Assembly: GCA_902573325.1 (NCBI GenBank)
Contig: CACGJH010000005.1
Location: forward strand, 21,388 to 85,387
DNA from: an uncultured Alphaproteobacteria bacterium
GTDB taxonomy: Bacteria; Pseudomonadota; Alphaproteobacteria; HIMB59; GCA-002718135
DNA: 64,000 bases
Reading direction: 5' to 3'
A program made the translations under genes and the position numbers. Positions 53,773 through 63,435 of the stretch are shown here, piece after piece; the first letter of the stretch is position 1; each line of letters starts with the position of its first letter. The notes beneath the pieces were generated by a model. The model worked only from the letters and a program-made list of their open reading frames with translations. It searched no databases and was not told the DNA's origin.

Positions 53773-55154
53773 CTAGATTTCCGCCAAATCGTTCCTTTAT
53801 TAGTATCTTCTATTTCTATGCCTTTATCTTTTAATGTGTCCCTAATAGTATCTGCCAAATTAAAATTTTTACTGCGTCTAGCTTCATTACGTTCATTTAT
53901 CAACCTTTCAATTTCTTCAGTATTTTCAGTATCTTTTTGATTATAGCCTAACCAATTTCCTGGATCATCTTCAAGAATACCTAATATTTTACCGGCAGAA
54001 AGAAGATTTTTTTTGATTTCTTTTTTTCTTTCATCAGATGCAGATGCAGCATCATTTGCTTCTTCATTAAGTTTTGCAATGACTTTAGGTGTATTTAAAT
54101 CATCTAAAAATGATTCCATTATAGAATCAGAAGGTAAGTTAGAATCTATCTCAACTTCTGATAGCTCTAATAGAACTCTATAAAGTCGATCTATCATTTT
54201 GCTATTTTGTTCAATGATTTCTTCTGTCCAGTTTAATGGCTGTTTGTAATGAGCTGACAACAATGTTAATCGCAAAACCTCTCCCTTGTATTTTTTATTG
54301 AGATCATGAACGAGTCTAATATTGCCAATTGACTTTGACATTTTTTCTCCCTCAACATTAACAAACCCATTATGAAACCAATAAGTTGCAAAATCTTTAG
54401 GATCTTTATTTTTAGATATGGAACAAGTTTGTGCTATTTCATTTTCATGATGCGGAAACACCAAGTCAATACCACCGCTATGGATATCAAAAGGAAGGCC
54501 CAATGATTTTTCTGACATAACGGAGCACTCTAAATGCCATCCTGGTCTTCCAAATCCCCAAGGTGAATCCCAACCAGGTAAAGGTGAGGGAGATGGTTTC
54601 CATAAAATAAAATCTGCTGGATCTTTTTTGAACGGCGCTACTTCAACACGGCTTCCAGCTATTTGTTCATCTCTATTTCTTTTTGAAAGAATTCCATAAT
54701 TATCAAAACTTGGTACATGAAATAAAACATGACCCTCTTTTTCATAAGCTTTATTTTCATCAATTAATTTTTTTATCAATTCGATCATTTCTTTAATATG
54801 ATCAGTTGCCCTTGGTTGAATATCAGGAAGATTAACGCCAAGTGCACTCATGTCATTATTGTAAATCTCTGTATATTTATTTGTGATAACACTAATATCC
54901 TCACCTGTTTCTTTAGAAGCTTCTATAATCTTGTCATCAATATCAGTGATATTAGATACATAGGTCACTTGTTTAAATTGTGTTTTTAATACACGGACTA
55001 ATAAATCATTTACAACTGCCATACGCGCATTACCTATGTGCGCAAAATTGTAAACAGTTGGACCGCAAGCATATATTCTTACATGATCTGGATTAACTGG
55101 TTCAAAAAATTCTTTTTTACCACTTAATGTGTTTTGTAACTGTAATGACATCAA
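53769..55154 (-). CDS. cysS: Cysteinyl-tRNA synthetase
   Basis: 461 aa with [15 protein letters not shown] (HIGH) and KMSKSIGN. Confidence 0.97.
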   Translation of the reverse strand: MMSLQLQNTLSGKKEFFEPVNPDHVRIYACGPTVYNFAHIGNARMAVVNDLLVRVLKTQFKQVTYVSNITDIDDKIIEASKETGEDISVITNKYTEIYNNDMSALGVNLPDIQPRATDHIKEMIELIKKLIDENKAYEKEGHVLFHVPSFDNYGILSKRNRDEQIAGSRVEVAPFKKDPADFILWKPSPSPLPGWDSPWGFGRPGWHLECSVMSEKSLGLPFDIHSGGIDLVFPHHENEIAQTCSISKNKDPKDFATYWFHNGFVNVEGEKMSKSIGNIRLVHDLNKKYKGEVLRLTLLSAHYKQPLNWTEEIIEQNSKMIDRLYRVLLELSEVEIDSNLPSDSIMESFLDDLNTPKVIAKLNEEANDAASASDERKKEIKKNLLSAGKILGILEDDPGNWLGYNQKDTENTEEIERLINERNEARRSKNFNLADTIRDTLKDKGIEIEDTNKGTIWRKSR

Positions 55155-55162
55155 TATAATTT

Positions 55163-55585
55163 TTAATAATTAAGCTCTATTACCACGGGTTCGCCATGAA
55201 CTAAAATGATTGCGGCTTTTTCAAATGATGGAGGACCTTTTGGTTGATAATTATTACTAAAGGCAAAACCTTCTTTTGGTCTCCAGAATAACCCAGTCTT
55301 TAATTTTCCATCTGAATCTTCATCGTGATAGGCAACAATTGCTATTTTTCCTTCATGTATCTTACTCAAAGGAACTACAACCTCACCCTTTTGCACTCTT
55401 TTTCTAACACTCTCAATTGCTAATTCTTCATCCAAAAAGCTCTCTTTTGAGTCATATATCTTAACATCAATGTAGCCATCACCATGTTCTACATTTGGAA
55501 AAATGATAGTTCCATGTGCAAAAAGACCTAAAGACCATGTGACTGTTAAGCCAAAAAAGAATATTTTAGTAAAAAAACTTTTCAT
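55163..55585 (-). CDS. DUF2141 secreted protein
   Basis: 140 aa with a signal peptide ending LFAHG. HDEDSDGKLKTGLFWRPKEGFAFSNN matches the DUF2141 signature. Confidence 0.7.
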   Translation of the reverse strand: MKSFFTKIFFFGLTVTWSLGLFAHGTIIFPNVEHGDGYIDVKIYDSKESFLDEELAIESVRKRVQKGEVVVPLSKIHEGKIAIVAYHDEDSDGKLKTGLFWRPKEGFAFSNNYQPKGPPSFEKAAIILVHGEPVVIELNY

Positions 55586-55613
55586 ATAAGTATCCTAATT
55601 ATAATAGAATCAA

Positions 55614-56819
55614 GTGCTGAACAATAAAGAATATCTAAATAGACTATATCAATCAGATAAACCTCTTATAATTTATAAAACTGATAAGGGTTATGACATC
55701 TATACTGATTTTTCTAGAAGAATTATTATTAATAAAAAAAATCTAAAATATTTTCTTAATATCCAATCAAAATCAAAAAAATCTAAGATTGAAGAATTGA
55801 ATTGTTATGTTGGTTTCTTTGGTTATAAACTTCTTTGTGAAAATATAGGAATAAAGTTTCCAAAACAGCGATCTAAAAATTTTCATAGCAGTGTATTTTA
55901 CAGGCCTCAAACTAAAATTAGTATTGGTAAAAAAATAACAATCAAAAGCATTAAATCCAATTTTAGAAATATAAGTATCAATACAAAAAAATATTTACAG
56001 TTAAATAAAAAGTTTAATCTTAATTTATCTTTAAAGCAGTACTCTAAGATATTTAATGATTTCTCTAAAAATATTAAACAGGGAAAAACTTATCAAATTA
56101 AAATAGCTCAAACATATTCGAAAAAAGGTAATATCAATTCTATTGATCTTTTTTGGAAGCTAATGAAAATGAATGAATCGCCTGAAAGTTTTCTTATCAG
56201 GGAAAAAGACTATAATATCGTAAGTTGTTCACCAGAGACACTCATATTGAAAAAAGATAACACAATTAGAACTAAACCTATTGCTGGAACATTAAGAAAA
56301 ACAAAGCAGTTAAATAAAAATAAAGCTCTCACATTCTTTAGAAGAAATGAAAAAGAAACTAAAGAACATAATATGATTGTTGATATGGAAAGAAATGATC
56401 TGTCTAAAATTTGTAAAACTGGATCTGTAAAAATAGATAAACTAAAAAAGGTTGAGGAATATCGAGATCTTTTTCATTACGTTACGACAATCAAGGGAGT
56501 TATAAAAAATAAAATGAGTAACCATGATATAATTTCTTCTTTAATGCCAGGTGGTTCAGTCATTGGTTGTCCAAAAATTAGTACTATTCAACTTCTAAAT
56601 AGAAAAGAAAAATTTGACAGAAATATTTATACAGGCAGTTTTGGAATTATACATTCAAATGGTGATATGCGATTTAATATAATGATTAGAACACTACTTA
56701 ATTTTAAAAATGATATCGAATTATCAGTTGCTAGTGGTGTGATCTTAGGCAGTACCGCAAAAAAAGAATATAATGAAAATTATATTAAAGCTAAATCACT
56801 TTTAGATCTATTTAACTAA
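55614..56819 (+). CDS. pabB: Aminodeoxychorismate synthase component I
   Basis: 401 aa with a GTG start. Chorismate-binding motifs SCSPE, PIAGT, HNMIVDMERND and PGGSVIGCPK. Followed by pabA. Confidence 0.8.
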   Translation: MLNNKEYLNRLYQSDKPLIIYKTDKGYDIYTDFSRRIIINKKNLKYFLNIQSKSKKSKIEELNCYVGFFGYKLLCENIGIKFPKQRSKNFHSSVFYRPQTKISIGKKITIKSIKSNFRNISINTKKYLQLNKKFNLNLSLKQYSKIFNDFSKNIKQGKTYQIKIAQTYSKKGNINSIDLFWKLMKMNESPESFLIREKDYNIVSCSPETLILKKDNTIRTKPIAGTLRKTKQLNKNKALTFFRRNEKETKEHNMIVDMERNDLSKICKTGSVKIDKLKKVEEYRDLFHYVTTIKGVIKNKMSNHDIISSLMPGGSVIGCPKISTIQLLNRKEKFDRNIYTGSFGIIHSNGDMRFNIMIRTLLNFKNDIELSVASGVILGSTAKKEYNENYIKAKSLLDLFN

Positions 56820-57376
56820 TGATTTATCTCATTGATCACGAAGATTCATTCACATACAATTTAGCTCATCTACTAGATAGTATTGAGCCAACATTTGTTT
56901 CAAATTATTATGAAATAGATCAAACAAAACTAGAAAAATCTTCGACCATCGTTCTTTCACCAGGGCCTGGTGAACCAAAAGATTATCCATTAACAACTAA
57001 GATTTACAATAAATATAAAGGAAAGAAAAAAATATTAGGAATATGTTTAGGTTTCCAACAAATAGTTTTTTGTGAAGGAGCTAAAATAGTTCAACAAAAA
57101 AATATTCTTCATGGTTATCAGAGTCATATTAAAGTTACTAACAATAAATCAATTTTTAAAAAAAATTTTAATTTTTTAGGAGGTCGATATCATTCCTTAA
57201 AAATGGCTGAGCCATTTGTTTCTCAATCAATGATAATTACAATGCGTTGTGTAAAAACAAATGTAGCAATGGCGGTTGAAGATGGTATTAATAAAGTCTA
57301 TGGATTACAGTTTCACCCAGATTCATTTTTAACTCCAAATGGAAAATACCTTATTAAAAAAATCCTTTCACGCTAA
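56819..57376 (+). CDS. pabA: Aminodeoxychorismate/anthranilate synthase glutamine amidotransferase component
   Basis: 185 aa with LIDHEDSFTYNL, GICLGFQ (catalytic Cys) and LQFHPDS. Confidence 0.85.
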   Translation: MIYLIDHEDSFTYNLAHLLDSIEPTFVSNYYEIDQTKLEKSSTIVLSPGPGEPKDYPLTTKIYNKYKGKKKILGICLGFQQIVFCEGAKIVQQKNILHGYQSHIKVTNNKSIFKKNFNFLGGRYHSLKMAEPFVSQSMIITMRCVKTNVAMAVEDGINKVYGLQFHPDSFLTPNGKYLIKKILSR

Positions 57377-58094
57377 GAATTTTAAATTACTTAAGTTCAA
57401 TTCTCTTTGGGGGTATAAGGGTATCTTTACAACCATTAGACTATTTGGCAAAGAGCCAAATTTTATCTTAGTTGATCAGCATTTAAAAAAGCTAAATAAA
57501 GATTTAATATATTTTGGTATTGATATTAAAATTTCAAAAAATCTTTTAACCAATTTTTTAAATAAATATTCTAAAATTAAAAATTACGACCACCTATTAA
57601 GAATTGCAGTCACAAAAAAAATAATCTCATTATCTGTGCGTAAACGAAACAAAGATCATAAGTATTTTACTGCAAAATTTTTTAGATACAAGCGGGCTTT
57701 ACCTAACTTCAAAAACTTACAGTACAAAAAAATAATTTCTTTACAAAAAAAAATTAATTTACAAAAAGAAGAGCTTCTTTTTTATTTTAACAATAAAATT
57801 TTAGAAGGTTCTACAACCAATTTAATTTTTGTAAACAGTAATAAATTATTCATTCCAAAAAATTACTATTATCATGGAATTACTCTAGAAAACTTAATTA
57901 CAAATCTACCTTATAAAATTCATAGAACAGATATTAATATTTCTAGTCTACATCAATTTAGTGAAATACTTTTAGTTGGCTCTGGTAAAGGTGTGGTTAG
58001 TATCTCTTTTATTAAACAATTTAATTGGTATAGGTCTTCAATGAAAATATATAATTTTTTATCAAAAAAATATTCAAAAATATTAATGAAATGA
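57339..58094 (+). CDS. pabC: Aminodeoxychorismate lyase-like (class IV aminotransferase fold)
   Basis: 251 aa with EGSTTNLIFVNSNKLFIPK...HGITLENLI, typical of fold-type IV. 38-nt overlap with pabA, and its position is between pabA and folP. Confidence 0.6.
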   Translation: MENTLLKKSFHAKNFKLLKFNSLWGYKGIFTTIRLFGKEPNFILVDQHLKKLNKDLIYFGIDIKISKNLLTNFLNKYSKIKNYDHLLRIAVTKKIISLSVRKRNKDHKYFTAKFFRYKRALPNFKNLQYKKIISLQKKINLQKEELLFYFNNKILEGSTTNLIFVNSNKLFIPKNYYYHGITLENLITNLPYKIHRTDINISSLHQFSEILLVGSGKGVVSISFIKQFNWYRSSMKIYNFLSKKYSKILMK

Positions 58095-58909
58095 AATTAG
58101 GGAAATATAATTTTAAACTAACTAGTCCAACTGTAATGGGAATATGCAATGTTACCCCTGACTCTTTTAGTGATGGTGGAAAGAGTTTTAAAAGTTCAGA
58201 TGCACTAAAAAATATTAAAGAAATGGTTAGAAATGGAGCAAGTATTATTGACATTGGGGCAGAAAGTACAAGACCTGGCTCAGATCCATTAACACATAAA
58301 GAAGAAGTTAAAAGATTAGACCCCATATTAAAAAAATTACCAAAAAATAAATTTATTATATCGGTTGATACTAATAAAATTGAAACTCAAGAATATGCAT
58401 TGAATATGGGAGCACATATTATAAATGATGTCTTTGGCGGCTCAGAAGATTTATTCTTTTTAACTAAAAAATTTAAAACTGGTTTAATTTTAATGCACAC
58501 ACCTGCACCACCCAAAACTATGCAAAAGAAAATTCACTCATATAATAATGTTGTGCAAGATATTAAAAAAATATTTCTTCAGAAAATTAAACAATTAGAA
58601 AAAATAAAAATTCCTTCGTCCAAAGTTTGGTTTGACCCGGGTATTGGTTTTGGTAAAAATTTAAAACAAAATATAGAAATCATGCAAAAAATTAATCAGT
58701 TTAAGTTTAAGGGATATGGATTATTATTAGGATCATCTAGAAAAAGCTGGATCAACTTCATAGATAAGAGTGAAACAAATCAAAGATTGGGAGGTTCAAT
58801 CGCTTCTGCATTATATTGTTATCAAAAGGGAGTTGATATATTTAGAGTTCACGACATAAAAGAAACATCTCAATCATTAAAAATTTTTGAAAAACTATGT
58901 TCAAAGTAG
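58091..58909 (+). CDS. folP: Dihydropteroate synthase
   Basis: 272 aa with VMGICNVTPDSFSDGG, IIDIGAESTRPG and FDPGIGFGK. Confidence 0.95.
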   Translation: MKLGKYNFKLTSPTVMGICNVTPDSFSDGGKSFKSSDALKNIKEMVRNGASIIDIGAESTRPGSDPLTHKEEVKRLDPILKKLPKNKFIISVDTNKIETQEYALNMGAHIINDVFGGSEDLFFLTKKFKTGLILMHTPAPPKTMQKKIHSYNNVVQDIKKIFLQKIKQLEKIKIPSSKVWFDPGIGFGKNLKQNIEIMQKINQFKFKGYGLLLGSSRKSWINFIDKSETNQRLGGSIASALYCYQKGVDIFRVHDIKETSQSLKIFEKLCSK

Positions 58910-59241
58910 AAATTAAAAACTTATCCATCAGTGCAAATATAGGTATCACTGCTCAAGAGAGAAAGAGAAAACAGTTGTTAAAGGTAACATTAGAATTTAG
59001 TTATCACGTTAAAAACTCACTAGATTTAAACAATATAAATAATGTTAAGGATTATTCATCTATTACAAAATATTTAAAAACTTTCATAAAGGAATCTCAA
59101 TCACATACTCTTGAGCATTTAATAATAAAAACATCCAATGCTCTTGAAAAAAAATTTAAAATAAAAAAAGTTAAAATTACAATTAATAAAACAGCTGTAG
59201 CAAAAAAATATGGAGCTGAATCTCTAAGTGTATCAAACTGA
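58897..59241 (+). CDS. folB: Dihydroneopterin aldolase
   Basis: 114 aa with IGITAQERKRKQ and DYSSI motifs. Positioned between folP and folK. Confidence 0.75.
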   Translation: MFKVEIKNLSISANIGITAQERKRKQLLKVTLEFSYHVKNSLDLNNINNVKDYSSITKYLKTFIKESQSHTLEHLIIKTSNALEKKFKIKKVKITINKTAVAKKYGAESLSVSN

Positions 59242-59728
59242 AACAATAATCGCACTTGGCTCAAATCTAGGTAATGCTATATTTAATTTACGCTGTGCCG
59301 TTAGAGAATTAGAAAATATTGGTAGTATAAAAAAATTTGCAAATATTTACATTTCTTCTCCTTATGGATACAAATCGCAAAGTAATTTTTTTAACACCGC
59401 AATAAAACTATTAACCAACCAGCAGCCATTAGAATTAATAAATAATATTTATGAAATTGAAAAAAAATTAAAAAAAAATAAAAAAATTATCAATGGTCCA
59501 AGAAACATTGATTTGGATATTATTTTTTTTGGCAAACAAATATTTAATAAAAAAAATTTAATAATTCCTCACCCAAGAGCAGCTGAAAGAGACTTTGTGT
59601 TATATCCAATACTCGATATTGATCCATTTTTCAGACATCCGCTTGAAAAAAAATCAATAAAAGTCTTATCGAAAGAGTTGCAAAATAAATATATTATTAA
59701 ACGATTATCCTACCGAAATTTGATTTAA
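59228..59728 (+). CDS. folK: 6-hydroxymethyl-7,8-dihydropterin pyrophosphokinase
   Basis: 166 aa with IALGSNLGN, GPRNIDLDIIFFG and IIPHPRAAERDFVLYPL. Confidence 0.92.
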   Translation: MYQTETIIALGSNLGNAIFNLRCAVRELENIGSIKKFANIYISSPYGYKSQSNFFNTAIKLLTNQQPLELINNIYEIEKKLKKNKKIINGPRNIDLDIIFFGKQIFNKKNLIIPHPRAAERDFVLYPILDIDPFFRHPLEKKSIKVLSKELQNKYIIKRLSYRNLI

Positions 59729-60355
59729 AAAATCTTTGAGTTTTGATTTAGAAATTAAATTTCTCTGATTTTTCAAGCTTCTAGAAATATCTAATCCAAA
59801 AGGTGTTATTTGTTTTAGAATGTTGGAAACATTTTTTTTGTCTATACCGCCACCAATATAAACTGGAATATTTTTATTTTTTATAAACTGTATTTGTTTA
59901 ATACTTTTTCTCAATGAATATTTTTTAATACTCTTTTTCCTATAAACATTCATATCAAAATAAATAACATCAACAATTTTTCTAATTGATTCAATGTATT
60001 TTTTATCAAAATTTTCTGGATTAATTGCAATACCAATTTTTAATCTTCTAAATATTTTTTTTATTTTTAATAAATCTTTTTTGGGAAAATGATATGAACA
60101 TGAAATTGTCTTTGGTTTTGTAAAATCTATTTGCTCTATAAGCTTGTCTAAAGATACATACCGAGTCAGAAGTACTGATTCTATCTTATAATTTTTACAT
60201 TCTTTAATTAATGATTGTATTTTTTTATCACTAACTGTGTTTGGTCCATTTAAATTTTTACTTGCAAAACCCAATGATTTTATTTTATTTTTATGTGCCA
60301 CTTCAACAGATTTCACATTTGTTATGCCACAAATTTTTAAAGGTATATTTTTCAT
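59705..60355 (-). CDS. trpF: Phosphoribosylanthranilate isomerase-like (TrpF fold)
   Basis: 216 aa with N-terminal LKICGIT and C-terminal PVYIGGGIDKKNV...GLDISRSL, matching the TrpF layout. No other trp genes in the window. 24-nt tail-to-tail overlap with folK. Confidence 0.55.
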   Translation of the reverse strand: MKNIPLKICGITNVKSVEVAHKNKIKSLGFASKNLNGPNTVSDKKIQSLIKECKNYKIESVLLTRYVSLDKLIEQIDFTKPKTISCSYHFPKKDLLKIKKIFRRLKIGIAINPENFDKKYIESIRKIVDVIYFDMNVYRKKSIKKYSLRKSIKQIQFIKNKNIPVYIGGGIDKKNVSNILKQITPFGLDISRSLKNQRNLISKSKLKDFLNQISVG

Positions 60356-60407
60356 TAAATTTTATTTTTAAAAATTACAAATACATGTAAACTATTTTTT
60401 TTTATAT

Positions 60408-61844
60408 ATGTCATTAAATTTTTACAGACGAGTAGCGTTTGGCCTGTCACCAAATGAAACACCAGATAAAGATCCACTTAATTGGGCAATAAATCAATTA
60501 GATACTATACCTGATCTCTTGTGGCCTGGAACAATTCCAACAGAAAAAGATTTAAGAAAAAAATATGGTGAATGGGTGTACGGAGATAGAGAAGTTTTAA
60601 GAAAAAAATTTAAAAATGATAAACATGCATATAGAAAAGCAAAAGATGAATTAAGAATAAAAACTGGCGAAAGATATTTTGAATTAAATGAACATGCTAT
60701 TCGTCATTTTCAAACAAAGTATTCCAAACAACCTGTTTTCGAGCGTTTCTGGCTTTTTTGGGGAAATCATTTTGCAATAAGTGAAAAAGATTTTCTAGCA
60801 GAGTTTAGTACCGGACCCTATCAACGTGAAATTATTAGACCTAACATGGTTAAAACTTTTGAAGAGATGGTTCAGTCAGTAACGACTTCATGGTGTATGA
60901 TTCATCACCTTGATAATTCAGAATCTTTTGGCCCCAATTCTAAAAAAGGAATGGAATGGGGAGAGACTATAAACGAAAATCATGCAAGAGAATTATTAGA
61001 ATTACATACAGTTTCTCCTAATGCTGGCTATACTCAGGAAGATGTTATTCAGTTAGCCTATATTATGACAGGTTGGGCGCACAAATGGGATAGAAAAAAT
61101 TTAGAAACCGGCGATATATGGTTTGATCAAGAAATGCATCAAAAAGGAGATAAAGTAGTTTTAGGAGTTAAATATAAAAATGATGCAAAAAGAGAACTTG
61201 CTAAAGTAATTCATGATTTGGCAACACACCCAATCTGCATCAAATTTGTTTCAACAAAATTATGCAGGCATTTTATTACAGATGAACCAACAGATGAAAT
61301 GATAAACCCAGTTATAGAAGCATGGAACAAATCCGATGGAAACTTAATTGAAATTCACAAAGCAGTTATAACGCAAGCTTATAAGTATAATGAGATTACA
61401 CATAAATTTCATCCACCTGAAATATGGTTAATGCAATTATCTAGAATGTTTGATTTAAATATTCCGCTTTCATTTCAAAAAATGAAATATACATTTAAGT
61501 TAAAGCCAAATAATAGACAAAGACAGTTATCTTGGATACTTAGAGAAATAGGTCATTCACCTTATCGTGCTAAACAACCTAATGGTTGGAGTGATTTGGA
61601 GGTAGATTGGGTATCGCCAGAATTATTATTACGCCGATTTTGGTTTGCTTCAGTTGAACTTCCAATGCTTGTTAAATCTGGAAACAGATCCCATGGTTTT
61701 ATTTTATCTTGTCTTAAAAATAATTTTGAAGATCATGAAAATATGGCATCGCTTATTGATAATTTTAGATTTGGCACATCAGATTATGATTTAGGTCAAA
61801 AGTATGGAGTCATTTGCAATTTGCCAGGAGTATTAAAAATATGA
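60408..61844 (+). CDS. DUF1800 family protein
   Basis: 478 aa with FWGNHFAIS and ARELLELHTVSPNAGYTQEDVIQLAYIMTGW signatures. No N-terminal signal peptide is visible. Confidence 0.8.
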   Translation: MSLNFYRRVAFGLSPNETPDKDPLNWAINQLDTIPDLLWPGTIPTEKDLRKKYGEWVYGDREVLRKKFKNDKHAYRKAKDELRIKTGERYFELNEHAIRHFQTKYSKQPVFERFWLFWGNHFAISEKDFLAEFSTGPYQREIIRPNMVKTFEEMVQSVTTSWCMIHHLDNSESFGPNSKKGMEWGETINENHARELLELHTVSPNAGYTQEDVIQLAYIMTGWAHKWDRKNLETGDIWFDQEMHQKGDKVVLGVKYKNDAKRELAKVIHDLATHPICIKFVSTKLCRHFITDEPTDEMINPVIEAWNKSDGNLIEIHKAVITQAYKYNEITHKFHPPEIWLMQLSRMFDLNIPLSFQKMKYTFKLKPNNRQRQLSWILREIGHSPYRAKQPNGWSDLEVDWVSPELLLRRFWFASVELPMLVKSGNRSHGFILSCLKNNFEDHENMASLIDNFRFGTSDYDLGQKYGVICNLPGVLKI

Positions 61845-62992
61845 ACTGCACAAGAAGAAATTTTTTAATTGGAGGATCAACAACATTGTTTCTTTCTGGA
61901 TATTTTCCAAAAATAAGTTTTGCTTCAATGCAGAAAAAAAATCTAATTATTATATCACTTCGTGGAGGAATGGATGGTCTAACAGCTGTTCCTGTTATTG
62001 GAGACAAACGTCTCAAAAAATTAAGAAAAAAACTCATTCTGGAAGACGTTCTTAATTTGAACAGCGACTTCGGCCTTCATCCTAAATTAGAAATTTTTCA
62101 TAAACTCTGGCAAAAAAATCAAGCGGCATTTGTTCATGCAACAAATATTCCTTACACAGGTAGATCACATTTTGATGGACAAAATTTAATGGAAACTGGA
62201 GCACACATTCCATACAAAGAAAAAACAGGATGGCTTGGTAGGGGGTTACTAGCTTCAAATATTATAGGAAAAGGTTTGGCAATATCTTTACCAATGCCTC
62301 TTTTATTAAGAGGTGTGCCACAGAATAATAACTTCTTCCCATCACCAGATTTTGTTGAAACAAAGTTAATAGATCAAATTTATAATGAATTTAAGGGTGA
62401 GCATAACGAGCTAATTAAATCTACACTTGATACAATTAGAAAAAGACCATTGTCTATGCAAATAGCTACTGACTCTGATGATAGAAAAAAACTTGCTCTT
62501 GAAGCTGCTAAACAATTAAAAGATCAAAGTGGTCCTCGAGTTGCTGTATTTGATTTAGATGGTTTTGATACACATGCCGCTCAAGGAGGTGTTGATGGAG
62601 CACATGCTGATGAACTAGAAGAAGTAAATAAGATTGTTACTATTCTACATGAAAATCTTGGCCAAGCATTTGATAATACACTAATTCTTACTCTGACTGA
62701 ATTTGGCCGAACTATAAAACAAAATGGAGGCTATGGAACTGAGCACGGATATGGAAGTGCAATACTAATGGCTGGAGGCTTGTTAAAAAAATCTCAAGTT
62801 TATACAGATTGGCCTGGACTAAAAAAGAAAGAATTGTTTGAGGGAAGAGATCTAAATTCGACTATTGATTCCAGAGCTGTTTATAATTCTGCTATGTCAA
62901 TTTGTTTTAACCAAGATCCAGAATTTTTGCGTAAAGAAGTTTTTTGGGGAGACGAACTTCCTGATTTGTCTCAAGAATTGTTTAAGATTTAG
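61841..62992 (+). CDS. DUF1501 family protein (alkaline-phosphatase/sulfatase-like superfamily) with a Tat signal
   Basis: I prefer ATG 61841 (ATGA overlap with the DUF1800 stop). Twin-arginine signal MNCTRRNFLIGGSTTLFL...SFA. Also LRGGMDGL, GFDTHAAQ and TEFGRT...GTEHGYG. Confidence 0.82.
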   Translation: MNCTRRNFLIGGSTTLFLSGYFPKISFASMQKKNLIIISLRGGMDGLTAVPVIGDKRLKKLRKKLILEDVLNLNSDFGLHPKLEIFHKLWQKNQAAFVHATNIPYTGRSHFDGQNLMETGAHIPYKEKTGWLGRGLLASNIIGKGLAISLPMPLLLRGVPQNNNFFPSPDFVETKLIDQIYNEFKGEHNELIKSTLDTIRKRPLSMQIATDSDDRKKLALEAAKQLKDQSGPRVAVFDLDGFDTHAAQGGVDGAHADELEEVNKIVTILHENLGQAFDNTLILTLTEFGRTIKQNGGYGTEHGYGSAILMAGGLLKKSQVYTDWPGLKKKELFEGRDLNSTIDSRAVYNSAMSICFNQDPEFLRKEVFWGDELPDLSQELFKI

Positions 62993-63018
62993 AAATAAAT
63001 AATTTTTTTATTAATTTC

Positions 63019-63435
63019 ATGTTAAATAAGAATATGGTTTCAGAAAATTTTGATAGTTTATTCAAGGCTGCAAAAAAAGTTAGAGAGCAAGCTCATGTGC
63101 CTTATTCAAATTTTAAAGTAGGAGCAGCTTTTCTAACAGAAGATAGTAAAATTATTACTGGTTGTAATGTTGAAAATGCTGCCTATCCTCAATCCCAGTG
63201 TGCCGAAGCAACTGCAATTGGAAATATGATATCTAATGGAAACAAAAAAATTTTAGAAGTTGTGGTTATAGGTTCAGGTGAATTATTGTGCTCACCCTGT
63301 GGTGGTTGTAGACAGAGGTTAAGAGAATTTGCTACTTTAGATACTAAGATTCATATGTGTAACGAAAATGGTCATATGAAAACATCTACGCTCGAAGAAT
63401 TACTTCCAGACTCTTTTGGACCAGAGAATCTTTAA
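63019..63435 (+). CDS. cdd: Cytidine deaminase
   Basis: 138 aa with zinc motifs CAEATAIG and CSPCGGCRQ. Confidence 0.93.
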   Translation: MLNKNMVSENFDSLFKAAKKVREQAHVPYSNFKVGAAFLTEDSKIITGCNVENAAYPQSQCAEATAIGNMISNGNKKILEVVVIGSGELLCSPCGGCRQRLREFATLDTKIHMCNENGHMKTSTLEELLPDSFGPENL

